Program-made: the position numbers and the translations under genes
Source of the DNA: Paramicrosporidium saccamoebae KSL3
Lineage: Eukaryota; Fungi; Cryptomycota
NCBI GenBank assembly: GCA_002794465.1
Contig: MTSL01000062.1
Coordinates: 1-5,341, forward strand
Reading direction: 5' to 3'
Length of the DNA: 5,341 nucleotides
Notes under the pieces: generated by a model
What the model saw: the letters and a program-made list of their open reading frames with translations, nothing else
Database searches by the model: none
Told to the model about the DNA's origin: nothing
Shown: piece after piece, positions 1-5,185 of the stretch
Numbering within the stretch: position 1 is the stretch's first letter
Layout: each line of letters opens with the position of its first letter

Positions 1-14
1 GCATAGATTACCCC

Positions 15-890
15 ATGCAGGCACCACACGGCCGGTTTTTGGGAGCTCACGTCTCTGCAGCTGGAGGTGTGTGGAATGCATTTGAAAATGCACACAAGTT
101 GGGTTGTCACTCATTTGCCCTGTTTCTAAAGAATCAGCGAAGATGGGACTCTCCTGCACTGAAGCCGGAAGATATTGAAAAATTTAAAGCTGCACATAGT
201 CAATTTTCAATCCCTCTCAATATGATCCTGCCGCACGGTTCCTACCTAATCAACTTGGGCAACCCTGACCCCGCCGTGCGTGAAAAGAGTTACGAAGCAT
301 TTCGTGATGATGTAGGGCGATGTCACGCGCTTGGGCTTGATCTATACAATATTCATCCAGGCTCTACCGTAGGTAAATGCTCCGTGAAAGAGTCCATTGA
401 ACACATTGCCAAGGCAATTAATTCTGTCCATGCAGAAGTACCAAGCGTGAGAATTGTCTTGGAAACGATGGCAGGCCAAGGAAATACGATTGGCAATAAG
501 TTTGAAGATTTACGGCGAATCATTGATCGGGTTAATGACCAGTCTCGAGTTGGAGTGTGCATTGATACGTGCCATATTTTTGCTGCTGGATATGACATAC
601 GCACTCGGAAGGCGTACGAGAAGACTATGGATGAATTTGAGAGGACTGTCGGATTCAAGTATCTGAGAGCTGTGCATTTGAATGACAGCAAAACTGGGCT
701 TGGATCTGGGAAAGACCGTCACGAAAATATTGGGAAGGGTGCGATCGGAATTAATGCATTTCAATTCCTGGTAACTGATTCAAGATTCAAGGATATACCG
801 ATAATTTTGGAGACTCCGTTAGCCGATGGTCCTGATGGGGAGCTAATTTACCGAGACGAGATACACACGCTATACAAATTTCTTACATAA
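15..890 (+). CDS. APN1: AP endonuclease 1 (endonuclease IV / Nfo family, base excision repair), 291 aa, no intron found
   Basis: Continuous ORF with all endonuclease IV metal-ligand motifs in order: GAHVS, PHGSYLINLGNP (H), HPGS (H), LETMAGQG (E), CIDTCHIFAAGYD (D,H), HLNDSK (H), DRHENIG (D,H), ILETP (E). The frame is also open upstream to the window edge (ATA GAT TAC CCC ATG), so the true start could lie further 5'. Confidence 0.96.
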   Translation: MQAPHGRFLGAHVSAAGGVWNAFENAHKLGCHSFALFLKNQRRWDSPALKPEDIEKFKAAHSQFSIPLNMILPHGSYLINLGNPDPAVREKSYEAFRDDVGRCHALGLDLYNIHPGSTVGKCSVKESIEHIAKAINSVHAEVPSVRIVLETMAGQGNTIGNKFEDLRRIIDRVNDQSRVGVCIDTCHIFAAGYDIRTRKAYEKTMDEFERTVGFKYLRAVHLNDSKTGLGSGKDRHENIGKGAIGINAFQFLVTDSRFKDIPIILETPLADGPDGELIYRDEIHTLYKFLT

Positions 891-903
891 GGGCCTGTAC
901 CAA

Positions 904-2812
904 CTATTCCAGTAAATATTTTTCAAAGCTATCGGGATGCGGCGGAGATGGGATCATCATTGATCCTGATTTTTCTGATCGGGTGTACAGGAGTGTATAG
1001 CAGTTTAAGACTCCAGACTTTGCAAGTTGGCTGGCACGAGCTCTGCTTTCTGAGGATTTCAGCTTCAATGTGCATTTGTCAAAAGTCCAGCCGCCATGAT
1101 TTGCAGCTGTATTAAATATTTTTCGTAGCGCATCGTCTAAATTTGTAGTGTCCAAGTTTGAATCAATCGTGACATTTGCCTTTGAAAAAAACGAGGATAC
1201 CTTGACGAATCAATAAAATAAATATGTGCAAGTACCTCCAACTCGGAAAGTGAATGCTCAAGAGTGTTCATGTCTTCTTTAATGTCTCCAAATTCAAAGT
1301 TCTCCGGTAAGGACGCCTAGAAGAGTTCTTTAAATCACTAGCAAAGTGCTACTGTGACTCTTGATAAAACATTTAATCGAAACACCAGTCGCTCCTCTTC
1401 GAGGAGCAATTTATCCTCCATTGTTGAGATCAGTTTCATCAAAGGCTCCAATATTTTGCCGAATAGCATGATGACTGTTGATTTCATTTCGCAAACTGGG
1501 ACCACGGAATTCTGACAGACATCCGAAACTTCTGTCTAAAGGCTTATATGCATGATTCGAGCTTGTACAAGCTGAAGAAAAAAATCATTCGCTGCTGCAA
1601 ATTGGTCTGTATCCAGTGTAGATAGCGGTGCATCTTGTAATTGATCCGAAACCATAGTCAGTTGTTCTGTGCACGTGTTTTGTAATTTTTGCAGAATTAA
1701 TACAGATATCCTGTCTAAATTTGAACTGTGCACAATAGCATTTACCCTTCGATCATGGTTGTAAAGTCCGCAACATCAGTAAGCATCAAGGAAAATACTG
1801 CATTATAGTGTTGGAGAAGAAAATAGATTTTCACCACGGTTCCCATCGTATTCGCGTCACTCATAGCAGCTTCAAGCTTGTCACCCAAATCGAGAAGTGT
1901 TGATCTTGATATATGTGCAAGATATTGACCAACTTCTTGTTGAGTCAGTGTTGGAAGAAAAGACTTTATCAGTTCTGCTTCTTCCCTCATGCAGCCGTGC
2001 AAAACCGAAAGCAGGTCCAGCACTTGTCGATCTTGGGAGTTCGAGAGTCCAACTTTCGCCCTGTATTTGTTCCATTTTTTTTCCACAGAGTCGGCAAAAA
2101 TTACAGATCTAAGATCTTGAAACTTTTGGAAAATGGAACTATGGTCATTGCAAAGTGCCAAGACCTACCATTTAAGATCCTCGTCGTTATCCACAAGCAT
2201 GACTAACCTCGTGAATTCGGGATCTTCAGAGTCAAACTCAGCATCTGGGGAGCTCAGGATTTCGGTTGTCCAGTCGATAATTCGAGTGCGGACTGTTGCC
2301 CAGGGGTTTTGAACATCATCAGGGTTATCCAAGTAACTCTGATGATTTAGCAGCAAAAGTGGGGATTTGAGCAATGCCCTAACATTATCTTCAGTAGAGT
2401 CCAGAGTCGATAACTCTAGGTTTTCAATCTTTGAATCGTATCCAATTCTAGATTTTACGAATATCAAGATGGAGTTAGTTACAAGGTCTCTTGCATCGCC
2501 TTTAGCGTGGCCGTAAATTTAAGGCGTTCATGAAATTTTCCTGTTGACTTGGACATTCTGGCTGCCTCTGTCTCCATGCAAGCACAGACTTGGCAAGCAA
2601 GTTTTAATTTCTGCCGCTCAAAAATTCAGTATACCAAAGTTACCTCCATGATTGGATTGATGGATGCTAAATAGTTGCTCTGTAGCTTTAATCGTCTATT
2701 TCCTTCTTGCAGTCTCAAGGCAGCGCCATTCTCTCCTTGTGGAAGTTCAATGAAGCCATCTATTATCGAATGACACGAAACACGACAAATTACCGTTGCT
2801 GTGCTCGACCAT
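904..2812 (-). CDS. COG6: Divergent conserved oligomeric Golgi complex subunit 6-like (CATCHR tether), 9 exons, about 545 aa. Exons: 2812-2794, 2759-2644, 2610-2483, 2447-2169, 2138-1746, 1710-1569, 1535-1353, 1316-1236, 1200-904
   Basis: Five minus-strand ORF fragments join through eight 30-36 nt GT-AG introns into one 1638-nt frame ending in TAG at 906-904. The joined protein is colinear with recalled human COG6 segments: RTRIIDW ~ ERLYRW; DLLSVLHGCMREEAE ~ DMLAWLHQATASEKE; KIYFLLQHY ~ KISNLLKFY; NSVVPV ~ SSVVPL; KILEPLMKL ~ CVLDPLLQM; VFRLNVL ~ TFMVNSL; NLDTTNL ~ NLDSVTL; VLNCYTLLY...PDSFEKYLLE* ~ VCRAYGEVY...PQQVQTLLS*. Alignment is from memory, not from a search. Confidence 0.75.
1201..1235 (-). 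other. Spliceosomal intron 8 of COG6-like gene (35 nt, GT-AG, phase 0)
   Basis: GAG|gtacttgcacatatttattttattgattcgtcaag|GTA. AT-rich, and it links the 1316-1236 exon frame to the terminal 1200-904 frame. Confidence 0.8.
1317..1352 (-). other. Spliceosomal intron 7 of COG6-like gene (36 nt, GT-AG, phase 0)
   Basis: ACA|gtagcactttgctagtgatttaaagaactcttctag|GCG. Removes three in-frame stops. An alternative in-frame donor (gtcaca at 1358, 42 nt) cannot be excluded. Confidence 0.75.
1536..1568 (-). other. Spliceosomal intron 6 of COG6-like gene (33 nt, GT-AG, phase 0)
   Basis: CTT|gtacaagctcgaatcatgcatataagcctttag|ACA. The terminal TAG is the stop of track ORF 1536..1733, and the same frame continues to 1353. 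Confidence 0.85.
1711..1745 (-). other. Spliceosomal intron 5 of COG6-like gene (35 nt, GT-AG, phase 2)
   Basis: GG|gtaaatgctattgtgcacagttcaaatttagacag|G. Keeping the frame requires the distal CAG rather than the TAG 4 nt upstream. Confidence 0.7.
2139..2168 (-). other. Spliceosomal intron 4 of COG6-like gene (30 nt, GT-AG, phase 2)
   Basis: TG|gtaggtcttggcactttgcaatgaccatag|T. Has a branch-like ATGAC and removes the in-frame TAG separating track ORFs 2165..2467 and 1742..2161. Confidence 0.8.
2448..2482 (-). other. Spliceosomal intron 3 of COG6-like gene (35 nt, GT-AG, phase 2)
   Basis: TT|gtaactaactccatcttgatattcgtaaaatctag|A. Joins the 2610-2483 frame to the 2447-2169 frame. Confidence 0.85.
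2611..2643 (-). other. Spliceosomal intron 2 of COG6-like gene (33 nt, GT-AG, phase 0)
   Basis: GAG|gtaactttggtatactgaatttttgagcggcag|AAA. Removes the in-frame TGA at 2628-2626. Confidence 0.85.
2760..2793 (-). other. Spliceosomal intron 1 of COG6-like gene (34 nt, GT-AG, phase 1)
   Basis: ATG GTC GAG CAC AGC AAC G|gtaatttgtcgtgtttcgtgtcattcgataatag|AT GGC. Supplies an ATG to a frame that otherwise has none upstream of the near-terminal IME. Confidence 0.75.
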
Positions 2813-2850
2813 TTGAATCTCCGACCAATCAAACAAGTTTACTGTTCATA
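2813..2850. promoter_or_regulatory. Putative 38-bp bidirectional promoter between COG6-like and CAF40/RCD1, with a CCAAT box at 2825-2829
   Basis: The only non-coding DNA between two divergent ATGs (2812 on -, 2851 on +). Contains GACCAATCA, an NF-Y/HAP-type CCAAT consensus. It would be 56 bp if RCD1 starts at the in-frame ATG at 2869. Confidence 0.55.
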
Positions 2851-3835
2851 ATGCAAGCATCATTATCTATGGCGAAGGATGGTCATCCCAATTTCGCTCC
2901 AACGTTTTTAATCGAGCAGCTGGTCAACTCTGCTACACGTGAGAATGCCTTGGTGGAGCTTTCTAGCTGCCGTGAAAACATCCCGGAGCTAGCATTGTTG
3001 CTGTGGAACACTCCTAGTAATCAATGTAACCATCGATGTAGTGATTTTAGGCATTGTTGCGATCCTTTTGCAAGAGGTTCTCTCAGTATATCCACTTTTA
3101 ATCCCCCCAACACTGTCCTCTCAGGCATCCACTCGTGTCTGCAATGCTCTGGCGCTTATGCAATGCATAGCCTCTCATAATGACACGAGAGGCAGCTTCC
3201 TGAAAGGCATGACTGACTGTTAGTGATTGACTTCTGTAGCACAAATCCCAAACTATTTATATCCTTGCCTCAATGCTTCACAGAAAGGCCGTCCATTCGA
3301 GTATCTTCGACTAACTTGTCTTGGAGTTATCGGCGCATTGGTTAAGAATGACAGTCCCGATGTTGTCGAAGCACTGCTGCAAACAGAAATTGTTCCGCTG
3401 TGCTTACGGATAATGGATTCGGGAAATGAGCTCTCCAGGACAGTATCTCCACATCGAAGTGAGTAATAATGACGTCTAGGTTGCGATTTTTATAATTCAG
3501 AAAATACTTTTGGACGATGCAGGCCTTGACTACATCTGCCAGACCTACGAGCGTTTTTTTTCTGTCACAACTGTTTTAAATAGCATGGCTCTTCAGCTGG
3601 TCGAACAAAAGTCGCTTAGGCTGGTGAAGCACGTAGTCCGATGTTATCTCCGTCTAGCTGACAACAAAAAGTATATGGATGAGAAGAATAACTTATATTA
3701 TATAGAGCGTTAGAAGGACTTCGGCAAATCCTCCCCGAACCACTGAAATCAGGCTATTTCACCGACTTGATCAAGGAGGATCCCTCAACATTAAAATTCT
3801 ATTCCGATTTGATGACTCTTGTAAGCCAGCATTAA
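2851..3835 (+). CDS. CAF40: CCR4-NOT complex subunit CAF40/RCD1/CNOT9, 5 exons, 281 aa. Exons: 2851-3016, 3051-3206, 3240-3442, 3480-3670, 3706-3835
   Basis: The spliced product (846 nt) matches Rcd1-family motifs: [113 protein letters not shown]. An alternative in-frame start lies at 2869. Confidence 0.95.
3017..3050 (+). other. Spliceosomal intron 1 of CAF40 (34 nt, GT-AG, phase 1)
   Basis: CCT A|gtaatcaatgtaaccatcgatgtagtgattttag|GC ATT gives [13 protein letters not shown], in register with WHSFGTIAALLQE. A donor at 3026 (25 nt) is also in frame but inserts 3 residues. Confidence 0.85.
3207..3239 (+). other. Spliceosomal intron 2 of CAF40 (33 nt, non-canonical GC-AG, phase 1)
   Basis: AAA G|gcatgactgactgttagtgattgacttctgtag|CA CAA gives FLKAQIP, in exact register with FLAAHIP. 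Branch-like TTGAC; removes in-frame TAG TGA. Confidence 0.85.
3443..3479 (+). other. Spliceosomal intron 3 of CAF40 (37 nt, GT-AG, phase 0)
   Basis: ACA|gtatctccacatcgaagtgagtaataatgacgtctag|GTT restores ELSRT|[13 protein letters not shown]. Confidence 0.93.
3671..3705 (+). other. Spliceosomal intron 4 of CAF40 (35 nt, GT-AG, phase 2)
   Basis: AA|gtatatggatgagaagaataacttatattatatag|A GCG restores [14 protein letters not shown] (~DNPRAREALRQCLP). Branch-like ATAAC. Confidence 0.92.
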
Positions 3836-3839
3836 TAAA
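3834..3839 (+). terminator. Putative polyadenylation signal AATAAA overlapping the CAF40 stop codon
   Basis: CAT TAA TAA AG: AATAAA at 3834-3839 shares two bases with the TAA stop at 3833-3835. Confidence 0.55.
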
Positions 3840-3888
3840 GTTTTGCTCGCTGAATAGGGAAGACATCGGTGGCACGCACGCCATAGAG

Positions 3889-4656
3889 TTAGATGTCCTC
3901 TTCTTCAACTTCGAGCTGACACTCTGTGCACCTTTTTAATCCCGCGGCAACGATTTCGAAGCAGTGGACATGTCTGCGACTGGCACGAGATGACAAAGCA
4001 CTAGAAGATTTCGATCGAGTCTTTAATCTCAACTCTTTAAGCTTCTCCTTGAATTTCTTCTCTTTGCGGGCCTCTTTGGTGCTTTCTCTCCTGGTGATTT
4101 CCTGCTGCAAAGCTTCCAAGGATCCCCACTTTTTAACGGCAAATTTTTCAACATGCATGGAAAGGTACAGCTGCATATCGCTCCAAGTAGACTTGTAAGG
4201 ATTGGGTTTTGTCATGAACGGCAGGACTGAGGTATCAGCAAGCTCTTCGTCTGTCAAAAGATACTCATCTTTCACCGTTGTTTTGGTGAGGAGACGGTAA
4301 TTATTACTATGTATTTCGCGACAATTATGGCAAACGTTGATGGAAAAATGAGTCTTCAAAACTGCATCCAGCTCAATTGACGTGCAGTGCCGACAAGTTG
4401 CATTGCCTTCCAAAGGATAAGTGACGATTATATCATCATTTAATCTTCTTGCCTCTCTTGTATCTTTGAGCGTGCTGTCAGGTTGAGAAGGGTGAAGAAA
4501 GCCGCCTCTACGTGAGGTTGTTATGGTTTCATTCACTGCAGCTTGTTGCACTGTATCTTCAAGGGGCCGCTTTGATGATATCAGCCGTCGTGCACGTTCC
4601 ATGTTAGTCTGTATTAGCAACTTTTGCTCTTCAGAGAGCTCAATATTATCCGACAT
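3889..4656 (-). CDS. RAD14: Nucleotide excision repair damage-recognition factor Rad14/XPA, 255 aa, no intron found
   Basis: N-terminal IQTNMERARRL helix; RRGGFL (GGF-type ERCC1/Rad10-binding motif); C4 zinc finger CRHC...VCHNC; XPA_C motifs LLTKTTVKDEYLLTDEEL, KPNPYKSTWSDMQLYL and KKWGSLEAL; Lys/Arg-rich helix; C-terminal HVHCFE...CTEC..VEEEDI typical of Rad14-type ends. Confidence 0.94.
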   Translation of the reverse strand: MSDNIELSEEQKLLIQTNMERARRLISSKRPLEDTVQQAAVNETITTSRRGGFLHPSQPDSTLKDTREARRLNDDIIVTYPLEGNATCRHCTSIELDAVLKTHFSINVCHNCREIHSNNYRLLTKTTVKDEYLLTDEELADTSVLPFMTKPNPYKSTWSDMQLYLSMHVEKFAVKKWGSLEALQQEITRRESTKEARKEKKFKEKLKELRLKTRSKSSSALSSRASRRHVHCFEIVAAGLKRCTECQLEVEEEDI

Positions 4657-4688
4657 TAAGATGACTCCAACACTGAATGTTCTAAACA

Positions 4689-4716
4689 GAATACTATATA
4701 ACGAATACTATATAAA
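4689..4716. repeat. Two-copy 14-bp tandem repeat GAATACTATATAA(C/A)
   Basis: 4689-4702 GAATACTATATAAC and 4703-4716 GAATACTATATAAA (13/14 identical), inside the 75-bp NHP2-RAD14 gap. Confidence 0.9.
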
Positions 4717-4731
4717 ATGCTTTATAACGAT

Positions 4732-5185
4732 CTAGGAAGAGAGAGACTTTAGTTCTTTGGCGCATTTTTCAAAGTGTTTGGACAGGTCTGACCCACTCTT
4801 TGGTTCCGGAATCATGACACAGCAGGTAGGACGCCTTGTACTACCCGCAGCGCCAAGTTCAACCTTACTGGGCAAATATGCGTATGGGATATTTGCTTCT
4901 TCGCAGAGTACGGGGATATGGGTAAGAACATCGATGGGCGAGACATCACCAGCTAGGACAACAACTCTAAAAGTTAGGCACCGAAATTCAAAATTACCCT
5001 TTGACGTTTTTGCGGATGCTCTTCACAACCTCACGAACACCACGCTTCAATGATTTATCCTTTCCAGCCTTGCGGACAAGCTTGAGCAGGCGACGATGCA
5101 ACTTGCTAGGGGCAAGCGGCTTGGCGATAATAGCCAGAGCGGTCTGGTCAAATTCCATAGTTTGGTTTTCTCCATCTGAAGACAT
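4732..5185 (-). CDS. NHP2: H/ACA snoRNP subunit Nhp2 (L7Ae family), 2 exons (5185-4998, 4966-4732), 140 aa
   Basis: Spliced product reads IAKPLAPSKLHRRLLKLVRKA..KSLKRGVREVVKSIRK..KG|VVVLAGDVSPIDVLTHIPVLCEEANIPYAYLPSKVELGAAGSTRRPTCCVMI. This matches Nhp2 (KPLA, KRGVKEVVKA, AGDISP.DV.SHIPVLCE, LGAAG.TKRPT) rather than Snu13 or L7a. Stop TAG at 4734-4732. Confidence 0.95.
4967..4997 (-). other. Spliceosomal intron of NHP2 (31 nt, GT-AG, phase 2)
   Basis: GG|gtaattttgaatttcggtgcctaacttttag|A. Canonical CTAAC branch site; restores KGVVVLAGD. Confidence 0.95.

Noticed and set aside
353-764. Track ORFs 353..691 (-), 454..666 (+) and 510..764 (-)
   Set aside because: Shadow frames inside the well-conserved APN1 CDS, with non-ATG or internal starts and no recognisable motifs.
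15-890. APN1 as a bacterial nfo horizontal transfer (intronless, short C-terminus)
   Set aside because: Motifs FALFLKNQRRW, PHGSYLINLGNPD, HPGSTVG, LETMAGQGN and DRHENIG..ILETP look like eukaryotic Apn1 rather than E. coli-type Nfo. A phylogeny would settle it.
1391-1407. Perfect hairpin GCTCCTC-TTC-GAGGAGC
   Set aside because: Lies within exon 7 and follows from adjacent Leu and Glu codon runs (LLLEEE); a 7-bp stem is expected by chance.
1881-2206. Track ORFs 1881..2075 (-), 1897..2112 (+) and 1913..2206 (+)
   Set aside because: Alternative or antisense frames of COG6-like exon 5 with no motifs.
1746-2610. COG7 as the identity of the minus-strand gene
   Set aside because: A few local matches exist (LKAMQETL, W…DRQ), but COG6 aligns colinearly over the whole length, including the C-terminal end.
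904-2832. Minus-strand fragments as several small genes or a pseudogene
   Set aside because: Every stop and frameshift is removed by a 30-36 nt GT-AG intron, giving one intact 546-codon frame colinear with COG6.
2707-3180. 157-aa ORF as a gene
   Set aside because: It starts at TTG inside the opposite gene and reads through CAF40 intron 1 into the wrong frame; only 2851-3016 is real coding sequence.
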